Shown here: positions 21,426-32,454 of the stretch, piece after piece
Layout of the letters: each line of letters begins with the position of its first letter
Numbering within the stretch: position 1 is the stretch's first letter
Origin: Blastocatellia bacterium
GTDB lineage: Bacteria; Acidobacteriota; Blastocatellia; UBA7656
Assembly (NCBI GenBank): GCA_963765495.1
Contig: CAVXWP010000001.1
Coordinates: 960,001 to 1,024,000, forward strand
Reading direction: 5' to 3'
Length of the DNA stretch: 64,000 bases
The notes under the pieces: model-generated
What the model was told of the DNA's origin: nothing
What the model saw: only the letters and a program-made list of their open reading frames with translations
Database searches by the model: none
Position numbers and translations under genes: made by a program

Positions 21426-21974
21426 TTACTTTGCATCGGCGCGACTCAATCGTTTGTCGAGGGCCGACAGAAACTGTGCTATATGGCGGCGGTTCTCGCC
21501 AAAGTCGCCTTTGCCCTCGCGCGATTTCGAGCGAACATCCACGCGAGTCTGCTCTGGCTCGCCGCCGAGGCTTATGCTCACATCGTCTGTGAAGATCACG
21601 ACTTTCTTCTCTGCCTCGATTCTGCCTTCGGATGCATTCTGCGCGACAAGCTTCCAATCGGGCAGATTCTCGATAACGCTCGCCGCCGCTTCAAAGGCCT
21701 GCTCACGCGGGGCGTTGTAAAAGCGCGTCTTGAGTTCCGGGAACTCCGGCTCCACACTGGTTTCGGCCACGTTTGTAGAGAGCGCTGTCTGTATCCTGCG
21801 CCCAAACTGTGGAGTCAGGACGAATATGGCTGCCGCTCCGGCTGAGAGCAGAACCAGCAAGATAATTATCAATTGCGGCGTTCGCTTTACGCTCCTGCGC
21901 GCGATCATGATTACTATTGCCGTCGTGGCAAGAATTATGATCGCGCCGATTATTATGCTGAATATGATTTCCAT
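21426..21974 (-). CDS. DUF1499-like membrane protein
   Basis: Two N-terminal TM helices. FTDDVSI...VDVRSKSREGKGDFGENRRHI matches the DUF1499 C-terminus. ATG 21974 after GGAG. Confidence 0.8.
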   Translation of the reverse strand: MEIIFSIIIGAIIILATTAIVIMIARRSVKRTPQLIIILLVLLSAGAAAIFVLTPQFGRRIQTALSTNVAETSVEPEFPELKTRFYNAPREQAFEAAASVIENLPDWKLVAQNASEGRIEAEKKVVIFTDDVSISLGGEPEQTRVDVRSKSREGKGDFGENRRHIAQFLSALDKRLSRADAK

Positions 21975-22312
21975 TTGTCTCTCCGGGCAAGGCTGACTCC
22001 TGTGGCCGACCCTGTTTGAATCTCGTCCTTCTCTCAAAAGGTACCCTCGCCGTCATTGGCGTGCAAAGAATAATTGCCGGGCCGTCAAAAAAATTCTAAA
22101 CATTTTGCGATATTTTGCATTTCATCGTATCTTTATTCCGTCTCATTTTATTGAGTAAATCCATCGTCTCATCGAGACGTATTAGCAGGCCAGTTTTCAT
22201 GCGGAATCTGTTTCTGACGCGGATTGTCTGTAGCCTATGGCATTCAAACATCTTTAAGGTTTGCCCTTACTTCTTCGGGCAAGGCCGTTCTCAGGTTAGG
22301 AGGTTTGACGTT

Positions 22313-24631
22313 ATGCTGAATAGTGCTCTCAGAGTATTTGTGGTTCTGATTCTAAGCGGGCTCTTATGTTTATCGGGTGTCTCAGCCAATTCGGGCAAAT
22401 CCGGCCCCCGGCAAATCCGGCTTTCAGCAGAGTTGAAACAACTTACTCTGGAATCTCCCACTCGCGAGAAGCAGTCACGGGCGTGGCACTGGAAAAAAGT
22501 AAGCTCTAGAATACGCCAGACACTTGCCCGCATCGCCCAAAACGGCATTGCGCCTCAATCTCTATCTCAATTCGATATGTCTGTTTACGGCGATCAATAT
22601 TTGAAGATTGAAAAAGACGGTCGATTTCGGGTGACGATTCAGGTATCGCGAACCGGGGCTGCGGAGCGCAAAGAGCTTGAACGTCTCGGGTATAAGATCA
22701 CATTTGAAAGCGGCGAATATCTTTTTCTGGAAGGGTGGCTCCCGTATTCCGAGATCGAAGAGACAGCAAGACTCGATTTCGTCAAAGCAATACAGCCCAC
22801 GCTCGGCCCTGTCACAAACACCGGCAGCACCAACTCCGAAGGCGACGCCATTCTGCTTGCCAATCAGGCGCGGCAGACGTTTGGCGTCACGGGCAACGGC
22901 GTAAAAGTGGGCGTGATGTCCGACAGCATAGACGGGATCGATACTTCTAAGGCAAGCGGCGACCTGCCCGCGAATGTTCAGGTCTTAAAACCCGGCGAAG
23001 GCGAGGGCGAAGGCACGGCGATGCTTGAAATCGTAAATGATCTGGCTCCGGGCGCGGCGCTGGCTTTCTACGGCCCTTCGTCGAGCGGTGATATGATTAC
23101 GGGTATCAATCAGCTTGCGGCGGCAGGGAGCAAGGTGATCGTCGATGATCTCACTTTCCTTGACCAGCCGCACTTTGAAGAAGGCCCCATCGCCCTTACC
23201 GTGAACTCGGTCGCCGCGCAGGGGGTAGTCTATGTGACCTCGGCCGGAAACTACGCTTCGGGCACAAACACGGATCGCTCCCACTACGAGAGCAATTTCT
23301 CTGGAATCGGCTCATTGGGAGGTCCTACCACTAATGTCCACGATTTCGGAGGCGGAGTGCCGGCCCAGCAAATCACGGTCGAACCCCATACAACTGCCGG
23401 AATATTTCTGCAATGGGCAAACCAGTTCGGGCATGCGGCTGACGATTACGATCTTTATGTCGTTGACGCAGACGGCAATATCCTGGACCAGAGCGATGAC
23501 GTGCAGGATGGAGACGATATCCCTCGCGAAACGGCCGTCGTCAGAAATGACACGAATTTCCCGGTCAATTATTTCGTAATCATCGACCTGTTTAACGGCG
23601 CTCCGCGCACTTTAGAACTGTACTACAGTCATGTCAGCAGCGTGGAATTCGCCACGGCGGCGGGCAGCATCGCGGGGCACGCGAATGCGTCGGGCGCAAT
23701 CACAGTAGCGGCCATAGATGCAAATGATCCGGGAAACGATACGATAGAGGATTACAGCAGTCAGGGCCCCTGCACGCTCTTTTTCCCTTTCTTTGAAAAC
23801 CGCCAGAAACCCGATGTTACAGGCATTGACGGGGTGGCAGTCACGGGCGCGGCAGGCTTCCCGAACCGTTTCTTCGGCACCTCGGCCGCCGCTCCGCACA
23901 TCGCGGCGATAGCGGCGCTAATGATCCAATCCAACCCTTCGATAAGTTCATCCCAGGTCAAAAACGCGCTTAAAAGCACCGCGATTGATTTTGGTTCGCC
24001 TGGCCCGGACACCCTGTTCGGAGCCGGGCGGGTCAACGCTCTGGAAGCGGTTCGCGCCGTGCAAACGGGGAACGGAAATATTGCTCCTCATATCAACGCG
24101 CTCACGGCAAGGCTCACAGGCGATGTGCTGACCCTCACCGGCAATGCGACTGACCCTGACGGTGATATGACTCAGGTTCAGGTCTTTCTGCTCAACGGCG
24201 CGGGCCTGATCATAGCCGAAACCAACCCGTTTGCGGTTGGCTTCGGCTCAGCAACTATGAGCAATTTCACCGTTCAGGTAAATAATCTGAATACATTCCC
24301 TTTGGCCTTGAAAGCGATTCTGGTTGTGATTGACAGCCACGCCAATCGCAGCGACACCTTTACGGCGGATTTCTCTCAGGCAGATCAGGGAGGTCCGACT
24401 ATAAAGAATGTCACCTTCAACGGGGCGAAAATGAAGATCAAGGGCAGCGGGTTGAGCGGCCAGCTACAGATAGAGATCAACGGCGTGGTCGTGGCTCAGG
24501 GCAGCAACAGCGCCAACGGCAAGGTAAAGATCAAAGGCAGCGCAGCAAACCTGAATCTCAACTTCGGTCTTAATCGCGTACGGGTGATTAAAGGGGGGCT
24601 GGTGTCAAATATCTGGTTGCTGAACCGGTAA
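22313..24631 (+). CDS. secreted subtilase (S8/S53-like) with C-terminal beta domains
   Basis: ATG after AGGAGG, signal peptide, GVMSDS, EGTAM..V.DLAPGA, SAGN, FFGTSAAAPH. Confidence 0.88.
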   Translation: MLNSALRVFVVLILSGLLCLSGVSANSGKSGPRQIRLSAELKQLTLESPTREKQSRAWHWKKVSSRIRQTLARIAQNGIAPQSLSQFDMSVYGDQYLKIEKDGRFRVTIQVSRTGAAERKELERLGYKITFESGEYLFLEGWLPYSEIEETARLDFVKAIQPTLGPVTNTGSTNSEGDAILLANQARQTFGVTGNGVKVGVMSDSIDGIDTSKASGDLPANVQVLKPGEGEGEGTAMLEIVNDLAPGAALAFYGPSSSGDMITGINQLAAAGSKVIVDDLTFLDQPHFEEGPIALTVNSVAAQGVVYVTSAGNYASGTNTDRSHYESNFSGIGSLGGPTTNVHDFGGGVPAQQITVEPHTTAGIFLQWANQFGHAADDYDLYVVDADGNILDQSDDVQDGDDIPRETAVVRNDTNFPVNYFVIIDLFNGAPRTLELYYSHVSSVEFATAAGSIAGHANASGAITVAAIDANDPGNDTIEDYSSQGPCTLFFPFFENRQKPDVTGIDGVAVTGAAGFPNRFFGTSAAAPHIAAIAALMIQSNPSISSSQVKNALKSTAIDFGSPGPDTLFGAGRVNALEAVRAVQTGNGNIAPHINALTARLTGDVLTLTGNATDPDGDMTQVQVFLLNGAGLIIAETNPFAVGFGSATMSNFTVQVNNLNTFPLALKAILVVIDSHANRSDTFTADFSQADQGGPTIKNVTFNGAKMKIKGSGLSGQLQIEINGVVVAQGSNSANGKVKIKGSAANLNLNFGLNRVRVIKGGLVSNIWLLNR

Positions 24632-24638
24632 AAAAGAG

Positions 24639-24716
24639 TTTGACAGGATTAACAGGGTTTCAAAGAGTAAAAGAGAATCTTATTGATCCTCATCAAATCC
24701 GGTTAATCCTGTCAAA
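24639..24716. repeat. inverted repeat of ACAGGATT-type units
   Basis: TTTGACAGGATTAAC/GTTAATCCTGTCAAA perfect 15-bp arms, extendable to 22 bp with 2 mismatches. Confidence 0.75.
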
Positions 24717-24800
24717 AAAATATCACCCCTCATCTCGTCATTCGCCTTTCGGGGAAATTACCTTTATATTTTTAGATCGAATGTAGACGGGCAAAAGCGA

Positions 24801-26204
24801 ATGGCAAAAGATCAGCAACGACAATCCTGGCAGGTGCCGGGCTATCTCGAAACCCACAACGGACGCCTCACGGTTGACGGGGTTGATTCGATAGAGCTTG
24901 CCGGACGGTACGGCACGCCACTTTACGTCTTTTCCGAGAAGCGAATCGCCGACAATACCCGCTCGCTTCGCCGCGAGGTCGAATCGGTCTATCCGCGCAT
25001 CAAGCTCTGTTATGCGGCAAAAGCGAATTCGAATATGGCGGTGCTTGCCATCGTGCATCAATCAGGCGGCGACATCGAAGTGAATTCGGGCGGCGAGTTG
25101 TTCAAGGCTATAAAGATAGGATTTCGACCCGATCAGATTGTCTTTAACGGCGTGTCAAAGACCGATGAAGAGATAGCCGCCGCCGCCCGGTACGGCATAC
25201 TTGCTATCAATGTGGATTCGCTTTTCGAGATAGATCAGGTGGCGCGGGTGGCTCGCAGCGTGGGTAAACGCGCTAATGTGGCGATTCGCATTGTGCCTGA
25301 GATAGTCACCCGCTCGCATATAGGGCTTCAAACCGGGTTGCTGTCGTCAAAGTTTGGCATCTCTCCTTCGCTCATCGAAGAGGCTTTCTCGCGGGCGCTT
25401 GCCGCCCCCGATTGCATAAACCTCGCGGGCGTTCACATCCACGTAGGCTCGCAGACGCCCGACCCGCAGCCCTTCGAACGGGCCTTTGCCGAGATGTGGC
25501 GCTTTCTGGTCGATATCTACAAAAGGACCGGCCACCGCCTGAGCCACATAAACATAGGCGGCGGTCTGCCGGTCGATTATTTGCCCCCGACTCCTATGGT
25601 AGACGAGATAGGCGAAACAGAACGCGACATGCTCTCGGCTCAACTGGACGCAAGCGAAGTCTTGCGCTCGGCGCTCAAACACGCGGCCGAAGAAGATGAA
25701 TCGGGTTTGCTCGACGGGTTGACCATAGTGATGGAGCCGGGCCGCCGGATAATCGGAGACACGGGTTTGCTCGTCACTCGCGTCTGCAATATTAAAGAGA
25801 GACCCGAAACGGGCGACACGTGGCTCTTAACCGATGCCGGGTATTCGCTGATGCTTTCGATCAACACATACAAATGGTATTACCATCTGATCTCGGCCAC
25901 GCGCGCAGGCAGCGAGCACCTGCGACCCTTCAAGGTAGCCGGTCCCCTTTGCGATTCGGGAGACGTTTATTTCGACATAGAACGTGGCACGAGGCTCCCC
26001 AATTATCGCCTTCTGCCCGAACAGACCGACGTAGGCGATGTGCTGGCTCTGTTAAACACAGGCGCATACGCGCTCGATCAGGCTTCGCAGTATAACGGGC
26101 GGCCCCGCCCGGCTGCGGTGATGATAAAAGAATCGGGCGAAGTGAGGGTCGCTCGCCGCCGCGAGACATACGAAGATTTGTACTCGTTCGACGAATGGGA
26201 ATGA
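24801..26204 (+). CDS. lysA: diaminopimelate decarboxylase family (group IV PLP decarboxylase)
   Basis: YGTPLYV, YAAKAN (PLP Lys), SKFG, HIHVGSQ, EPGR, GPLCDSGD, GAY...SQYN. Confidence 0.8.
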   Translation: MAKDQQRQSWQVPGYLETHNGRLTVDGVDSIELAGRYGTPLYVFSEKRIADNTRSLRREVESVYPRIKLCYAAKANSNMAVLAIVHQSGGDIEVNSGGELFKAIKIGFRPDQIVFNGVSKTDEEIAAAARYGILAINVDSLFEIDQVARVARSVGKRANVAIRIVPEIVTRSHIGLQTGLLSSKFGISPSLIEEAFSRALAAPDCINLAGVHIHVGSQTPDPQPFERAFAEMWRFLVDIYKRTGHRLSHINIGGGLPVDYLPPTPMVDEIGETERDMLSAQLDASEVLRSALKHAAEEDESGLLDGLTIVMEPGRRIIGDTGLLVTRVCNIKERPETGDTWLLTDAGYSLMLSINTYKWYYHLISATRAGSEHLRPFKVAGPLCDSGDVYFDIERGTRLPNYRLLPEQTDVGDVLALLNTGAYALDQASQYNGRPRPAAVMIKESGEVRVARRRETYEDLYSFDEWE

Positions 26205-26253
26205 GAAGCCTGAGAGTCTTGTCGATACGTCGAAAATTACCCTGGCTCGCCAT

Positions 26254-26290
26254 CATCTGAGGTCTCAAATCTCAAACTCAAACCTTTCAG
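26254..26290 (+). repeat. family 2 element, degenerate
   Basis: CATCTGAGGTCTCAAATCTCAAACTCAAACC. Confidence 0.6.
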
Positions 26291-27492
26291 GCCGTGGGCT
26301 TGTCGGGCAGCGGTTGCGTGGCATGAAAATCTTCATACACGCGCAGGGTATAATCTTCTAGCAAGGACTCGACCCGTTGGGGGTCATAGCTTGCTACGAT
26401 AAGTCCTATGTGATGGTCTTTCTTTAAGCGCCAGACGATCTCCGGGTCATTGAATCGAGAGGTGTCGGGCTGCTGCTGACGGGCCAGCGAGATTAAAATG
26501 CCCGCATAGTCGTCCCGGTGTTCGGGCAGATGATAAGTGCGCTCGCCTCGACCTATTTCGATCTTAGCCCACTCGGCCCACATATTGATGCCGGTCGAGG
26601 CTTCGATGAGTTCCGCTATGTTTGCTCCGCCGACGCGAGAGGCCGTCTCAAGAAAATAGAGACGCCCGTCTTCGTGGCCCTTGATGAACTCCGTGTGTGT
26701 GACTCCGCGAACGAGCCCGAGCGCCGCGATCAATTCGCGGTTGGCCGTCTCAAGCACCTGCGCGTCTATCGATGCGCGAGAGATTTTCCGGCTTGTAAAG
26801 ATGCCGCCCCCGTGCGCCACCGCCATAGGCGGATGGCCGTATTTGTGCGGGACGGTGAAGACGACTTCGCGCTCGCTGACTATCGAATCGATGTGGAAGA
26901 TGTCACCCGGAATAAACCGTTCGAGAACATAAAAAGATTGGCGGTCGCCCAGTTCATCAAGTATCGGCCATAGCTGGTAAGAGCTTTCGATCTTCTTTAT
27001 GCCTATGGCCGAAGCCTCCGACCTCGGTTTGAGAACCCAGGGAGCAGGCACTCGTTCCATGTACTCGCGTACGCGGTCGTAGTTGAGGATGTGAACGAAT
27101 TCGGGCACGAGTATGCCGTGATCTTTCGCCTTCACGCGCATGGCGAGTTTGTCTCGAAAGTATCGAGCCGTCGTGTCGCCCATACCCGGAATGCGTAGAT
27201 GCTCTCTGAGTATCGCCGCCGTCTCTACGTCGTAATCATCGAGCGGCACGATTCGATCTATCGCGGTGGTGCGCGCCAGATAGCTTATGCCTTTTATAAT
27301 ATCGTCGCGGATCGAGATACTGGGCATGTAAAAGATTTCGTCTATAGATTCACGCGGCCACCGGGCTTCCTTTAGCGATTCCAGAGTCACAAGGATTACG
27401 CGACATCCCTGGCGTTTGCACTCTCTTAAAAATTCGTGGCCTTTCTCGTAGCTGGCCAGACAGAGAATAGTAATCGGTTGCTGATCGGACAC
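26287..27492 (-). CDS. ATP-grasp domain protein
   Basis: [36 protein letters not shown]. Confidence 0.88.
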   Translation of the reverse strand: MSDQQPITILCLASYEKGHEFLRECKRQGCRVILVTLESLKEARWPRESIDEIFYMPSISIRDDIIKGISYLARTTAIDRIVPLDDYDVETAAILREHLRIPGMGDTTARYFRDKLAMRVKAKDHGILVPEFVHILNYDRVREYMERVPAPWVLKPRSEASAIGIKKIESSYQLWPILDELGDRQSFYVLERFIPGDIFHIDSIVSEREVVFTVPHKYGHPPMAVAHGGGIFTSRKISRASIDAQVLETANRELIAALGLVRGVTHTEFIKGHEDGRLYFLETASRVGGANIAELIEASTGINMWAEWAKIEIGRGERTYHLPEHRDDYAGILISLARQQQPDTSRFNDPEIVWRLKKDHHIGLIVASYDPQRVESLLEDYTLRVYEDFHATQPLPDKPTA

Positions 27493-27596
27493 CTCGCACG
27501 CTCCTTCAAAGAGGGAAATAGATTACGCTACGCGAGACGGGATTATACAGCATGAGTAGTTGGGACAGTAGCTGACGCGTTCACGCGATGCGTTCA

Positions 27597-27693
27597 CGTG
27601 ATTCGTGATTCGTGATTCGTGATTCGTGACTTTCAGGCAGATCGTCTGTTGAAGATAAAATGTAAGACAGGTAGGTCACGGATCACGGATCAC
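27597..27693 (+). repeat. family 1 element, copy B
   Basis: (CGTGATT)4-CGTGAC, 44-bp core, GTCACGG-ATCACGG-ATCAC. Confidence 0.85.
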
Positions 27694-30600
27694 TCTTTCG
27701 ATAGAACATCGTGTAAACGGTCGGCGTCACGATCAGCGAAAGCAGCAGCGCAACCGTCAATCCGCCTATCACTCCGATGGCGAGCGGTTGAAGTAGCTCC
27801 GCTCCCGACCCAAGTGCCAGGGCGAGTGGGAGCATGCCAAGTATAGTGGCAAGCGAGGTCATAAGAACGGGGCGGAACCGGCGGCGGCCTGAGCGGATGA
27901 GCGCCTCTCTGAGCGTGTCGCCCGAGGCGAGATGATCCTCTACCGCGTCGAGCATCAGGATGCCGTTTTTCGCAACAAGCCCCACGACCATTATCATCCC
28001 CATCAGTGAAACTACGTTCAGCGTAGTCCCGGTGATAAAGAGAGCCGCGAGCACTCCCCCGAGCGCGAGCACCGCGCCCGTAAGTATCGCCACCGGGTGA
28101 GCAAACGATTTGAATTCGATGAGCAGCGTGATGAAGACCAGCGCCACCGCAAGCGTGAGCGCCAAAAGCAATTCGGCGAAACTCGATTGTTGTTCGCGAT
28201 ACAGCCCGCCGTATTCGATTGTCATTCCGGGCGGGAGTTTTACATCGCTTGCCAGCTTTCGCTTGATCGCATCAATGGCCGAGCCAAGATCGCTGCCCGA
28301 CAGTTGCGCCGTCACACCGATTGTCTGCCGAAGCCCGTCGCGGGCAATTTCGGTCTGGCCCTTGTCATATTCAACGTCGGCCACCTGATCTAACCTGAAC
28401 AGAGCGCCCGTCGCCGTAGAGCGAATCTTCAGACCGCGCAATGTGTCGAGCGAACTGCGCTCGCTTGCGGGCAACACTACGCGAACGGAGATCAGGCGGT
28501 CCTGTTGCAGAATGGTCGAGGCTTCATCGCCCGTCATCGCGGTTGTGACGGTCGATGCTATATCGTTTGCCGTCACGCCAAATGTCGCGGCGCGTTGCGG
28601 GTCTATGCGAAAGGTCACCGCCGGGCCGCTCACCACTATGCCGTTAAAGACATCGACGATGCCCGGAATCTTTTCAATCGCATCGGCGACCTCGGCGGCT
28701 TTCTTTTGCAGCGCGGCGGTATCTTCGCTGAAGAGCTTTATCTCGATAGGCTCGGGCGAGCTTGTCAGGTCGCCTATCAAATCGCTCAGGATGCCCACGA
28801 ATTCCACGCGGGCGGCCGGTTCGGAAGATTCGATCTCTTCGCGCAGCTCGTCGGTCACCTCTTCGGTTGAATGCTTGCGATCCGGTTTTAGCTTAACAAG
28901 AAAATCGCCCGAATTAGGCTCGGTGATAAACAGCCCCAGTTCAAGCCCGGTCCTCCGCGAATAGCTCTCGACATCGGGCGAATCTTCGATCATCCTCTCG
29001 ATGTGTTGCAGGATGCGATTCGTCTCGGCAAGCGATGCGCCCGGCGGGGTAGTGTAATCAAGCACGAACGCGCCTTCATCAAAGGGCGGCAGAAACTCCG
29101 AGCCGAGACTGCGATAGAGAAGATAAGAGACGACCACAACCACAAGACAGATTGCAAGCGCGAGTGAGCGGCGGTTCAGAACGCGGCCCAGCAATGCTTC
29201 GTAACGACGCGTGATCGCGCCGAGTATACGGCCCTGTTCCTGTTCTTCAAATTCGTCCGCCGATAGTTCTCGCTCGCCTCTGTCGCTTTCATCGGCGGCC
29301 TCTTCACCCTGTTTCTTATCAGCGCGTTTTGCCCTGACGAAGAATTCGGCAAGCACGGGCGTGAGCGTAAGCGCCAGGACAAGCGATGTGAGAAGCGCCA
29401 CAGCCATCGTGAGCGCGAGCGAGCGAAAGAAGACGCCGGTAACTCCTGTGAGCAGGGTCAGGGGCAGGAAGACGACTACGGGTGTGATGGTCGAGCCGAT
29501 GATCGGCACTGTGATTTCAGAGACGGCCCCGTGTATGGCTTCGCGTTTCGACTGGCCCCGGCGCATGTGCGTATAGATGTTTTCGACCACCACGATGGCA
29601 TCATCAATGACGAGCCCGATGGCAGCGGCTACGCCGCCAAGAGTCATCAGGTCAAAGCTCAACCCGGCGAGCCACATCGCAAGGAACGCCGTAAGCACCG
29701 TGACAGGTATGACAAGTATCGCGACAAAGGTAGTGCCCCAGTTGCGAAGAAAGCCGTAGAGTATGGCTACGGACAAAAGCAAGCCGAGCAGTATGGCATC
29801 GCGGACCGATTTGATGGCCTCGCGCACAAGAATCGACTGATCGTAAAACGGCGCGATCTTCACATCCTTTGGAAGCTGCGCTCGCATGGCGGCAAATTCG
29901 GCCTTTACTTCATCAACGACCGCGACCGTGTTGGCATCGGGCTGGCGATTGACGTTGAGCAATACGGCGGGGTGGCCGTCGGCTGTGACTATGGTGTAAT
30001 TCGGGGCTATGCCTTCGCTCACGTCCGCAATATCGCTGAGCGTGACAGGCCCGTTATTCACATTCGCCACGACTATTGCTTTCAACTCGTCGGCTTTTTG
30101 AGCCTGCCCGCTTACGAGCGTAAGCTCAAGCTGGTGGTTTTCTTCTATGAGTCCGGGCGAAGCGAGAATGTTGGCATTGGTCACGGCTTCGACCACCTGT
30201 TGAAGAGACACGTTGCGCGCATCGAGGCGGGCAGGGTCTACGGTCACGTGGTACTCGCGGGTTTCGCCGCCCGCGATTGCCACGCCCGCCACGCCCGCGA
30301 GCCGGGCAAGACGCGGACGGATGGTGTAGGTGGCGAGGTCGCGCAGGGCGGCCGGGTTGCGGGTGTCGGATGTCAGGCTGTAGCCGGTCACGGGAAAGAC
30401 AGCGAAAGTCAGGCGGTCAACCTGGCGAATCTCGGACGTGGAGGGCAGGCTCGATGTGAGCTGCGAAAGCCGCGCCTGAACCAGTTGCAGAGATTGCAGA
30501 ATATCAACCGACCAGTCAAAGAAGAGATCGACCTGCGCCCCGCCTCGCGCCGTGTTCGAGCGTATTCTGACTATGCCGGGGATGCCGTTCATGGCCTCTT

Positions 30601-30802
30601 CTATCGGGCGAGTGACCGACACAAGCATCTGCGGCGCGGGCACTACGCCGTTGTCTATCAGGATAACTATTCTGGGGAAATCGGTCTGGGGGAAAATGGC
30701 TATGGGCAATTTGAAGGCGGCGTAAATCCCCGCGGCGCAGAGCAAGCCTACAAGGACCAGCACAGTGCGTGATTGAGTTGTTACCACCTGCGCAAGGCTC
30801 AA
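27683..30802 (-). CDS. RND efflux permease (CusA/CzcA-like)
   Basis: [41 protein letters not shown]. Confidence 0.93.
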   Translation of the reverse strand: MSLAQVVTTQSRTVLVLVGLLCAAGIYAAFKLPIAIFPQTDFPRIVILIDNGVVPAPQMLVSVTRPIEEAMNGIPGIVRIRSNTARGGAQVDLFFDWSVDILQSLQLVQARLSQLTSSLPSTSEIRQVDRLTFAVFPVTGYSLTSDTRNPAALRDLATYTIRPRLARLAGVAGVAIAGGETREYHVTVDPARLDARNVSLQQVVEAVTNANILASPGLIEENHQLELTLVSGQAQKADELKAIVVANVNNGPVTLSDIADVSEGIAPNYTIVTADGHPAVLLNVNRQPDANTVAVVDEVKAEFAAMRAQLPKDVKIAPFYDQSILVREAIKSVRDAILLGLLLSVAILYGFLRNWGTTFVAILVIPVTVLTAFLAMWLAGLSFDLMTLGGVAAAIGLVIDDAIVVVENIYTHMRRGQSKREAIHGAVSEITVPIIGSTITPVVVFLPLTLLTGVTGVFFRSLALTMAVALLTSLVLALTLTPVLAEFFVRAKRADKKQGEEAADESDRGERELSADEFEEQEQGRILGAITRRYEALLGRVLNRRSLALAICLVVVVVSYLLYRSLGSEFLPPFDEGAFVLDYTTPPGASLAETNRILQHIERMIEDSPDVESYSRRTGLELGLFITEPNSGDFLVKLKPDRKHSTEEVTDELREEIESSEPAARVEFVGILSDLIGDLTSSPEPIEIKLFSEDTAALQKKAAEVADAIEKIPGIVDVFNGIVVSGPAVTFRIDPQRAATFGVTANDIASTVTTAMTGDEASTILQQDRLISVRVVLPASERSSLDTLRGLKIRSTATGALFRLDQVADVEYDKGQTEIARDGLRQTIGVTAQLSGSDLGSAIDAIKRKLASDVKLPPGMTIEYGGLYREQQSSFAELLLALTLAVALVFITLLIEFKSFAHPVAILTGAVLALGGVLAALFITGTTLNVVSLMGMIMVVGLVAKNGILMLDAVEDHLASGDTLREALIRSGRRRFRPVLMTSLATILGMLPLALALGSGAELLQPLAIGVIGGLTVALLLSLIVTPTVYTMFYRKSDP

Positions 30803-32454
30803 GGCTTTGCTCCTCCGCCCTTCGCGCCCGGGTTTGATTTTGCGCCTGCCCCGGTTTTCGGTTCCGGCTTCGTTCCGGGATTTTTCATCGCGCCGTCTTT
30901 CACAGACGACCCCGGTTTTGACTGAGCGCCCGACTGCGTCTCTTGAGGCTGTGTCTCCTGATTTTGCCCCGGCCTCGCGCCATCGGTCGCGGGCGTTCCG
31001 GTCGAAGGCGTGCCGCCCGCAGGGGCTTCGCCCGTCGTGCCTTCATTCTCTTTTTCGTCCTCGCCTTCTTCGCTGATCTCTACCTTGCTGCCGTCGGGCA
31101 GGGCATAGTTGCCTTCGATCACGACCGTTTCGCCTTCCTTGAGACCGGATGTGATTTCGAATCGGTCGGGTGTGCGAATGCCTACGGTTACTTTGGTCTC
31201 GTGAGCTACGGATTCGTCGTCCACGACCATGACAGTGCCTTCGTCGGCGTTTGTGGCATCGAGTGTTACGGCTGAGGCGGGAACGACTAAAGCATCGGTT
31301 TCAGTGTTCGTTGTGACGATCACTTTCGCTGCGCCGTCATCGCGCAGCCGCCCGCCTTCGTTCTTCAGGCGAATCCAGATTTCGACCGTGCGATTTTGCG
31401 GATCGCTCGACCTGCTGACGAGTGATATTTGCCCGACAATCTCTTCTCCGGGCTGATCCTGCGGCAGGACTCTGGCCGGGGTGCCGTCTTTGAGTTGTGC
31501 CGTGACTGTGTCGGCAAACGGGGCTTTGACGATGACCTCGCTCATATCGGCTATGTTAAAAAGCTTTCCACCCGAAGAGGCATATTCGCCTTCGAACTGG
31601 AATTGCTCGGTGATAATTCCTGAAAACGGAGCGCGGATAGTTCCGTAACTCAACTGCGAGTTGAGCGAGGCGAGTCGCTCTTCGGCCTGCGATACGCGAG
31701 CGATGGCCGCGTCGCGGTTTGCAGGGTTTGTAGTAACTTTGTGCAGGTTGGCGGCGCTTTCGGCGAGGCGAAGCTCGTTCTCAGCCGTTGTGAGCGCGAG
31801 CTGCGAATCTTCGAGGTCTTTCTTTGAGATGCCGCCTTTTTCATAAAGCGTCAATCGTCGTTCGTAAAGCGCGCGGGCATTGTTGACCTTTGCCTGTGCG
31901 TCGCGCAGCGCCTTTTCATCCTGAGCATTGTTTTCAGGGATGGTCCCTCCGCTTAGCAGGCGAGCGTTATGACGGGCTTCCTGCAAGGCGGCTGCGGCCT
32001 CGTCGCGTTGCGCCTGAATATCGCGTGACTCAAGAACTGCAATTACCTGCCCCGCGCGTACGGGCTTGTTTTTGAGCAGAGCCATCTGCTTGATCTGAGC
32101 GTTCATCTTTGCGCTGACCGTTGCTTCTTCGCGGGGAAAGATAGTGCCGATGGCAGATACCTCTTCCGCTATTGAATCGCGCTCGGCCTTTGCCACGCGA
32201 ACGCTCACGACTATATTGGCCTCTTCTTCAGCCGCCTCGTCGGCCGACTTCGAAGACCAAAGCCAGATTACGGCGAGCACCACCAGAACGGCAACGACTG
32301 AAAGGATAAGCCAGTCGCGTCCGTTCAAACGTGAAACCCGCTCCCGGAGCCGATTTCGCCAGAAATGCGGCTCATCGGAAACAGGCTCTGGCTCCGAGAA
32401 AATAGACTCCGGCCTCTGGGGGCTGTTTTTGTCCTGATCTTCTTTCCAGTTCAT
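30799..32454 (-). CDS. RND periplasmic adaptor with low-complexity C-terminal tail
   Basis: TM anchor, IRAPFSG, coiled coil, GLKEGETVV. 4-bp overlaps with both neighbours. Confidence 0.92.
   Translation of the reverse strand: MNWKEDQDKNSPQRPESIFSEPEPVSDEPHFWRNRLRERVSRLNGRDWLILSVVAVLVVLAVIWLWSSKSADEAAEEEANIVVSVRVAKAERDSIAEEVSAIGTIFPREEATVSAKMNAQIKQMALLKNKPVRAGQVIAVLESRDIQAQRDEAAAALQEARHNARLLSGGTIPENNAQDEKALRDAQAKVNNARALYERRLTLYEKGGISKKDLEDSQLALTTAENELRLAESAANLHKVTTNPANRDAAIARVSQAEERLASLNSQLSYGTIRAPFSGIITEQFQFEGEYASSGGKLFNIADMSEVIVKAPFADTVTAQLKDGTPARVLPQDQPGEEIVGQISLVSRSSDPQNRTVEIWIRLKNEGGRLRDDGAAKVIVTTNTETDALVVPASAVTLDATNADEGTVMVVDDESVAHETKVTVGIRTPDRFEITSGLKEGETVVIEGNYALPDGSKVEISEEGEDEKENEGTTGEAPAGGTPSTGTPATDGARPGQNQETQPQETQSGAQSKPGSSVKDGAMKNPGTKPEPKTGAGAKSNPGAKGGGAKP

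Noticed and set aside
29531-30772. 413-aa + strand ORF
   Set aside because: Antisense shadow of the RND permease, with no recognisable motifs.
30799-31075. Long Gly/Pro/Gln/Lys tail on the RND adaptor as a possible repeat insertion
   Set aside because: Low complexity with only one short QETQP duplication, and no palindrome seen.
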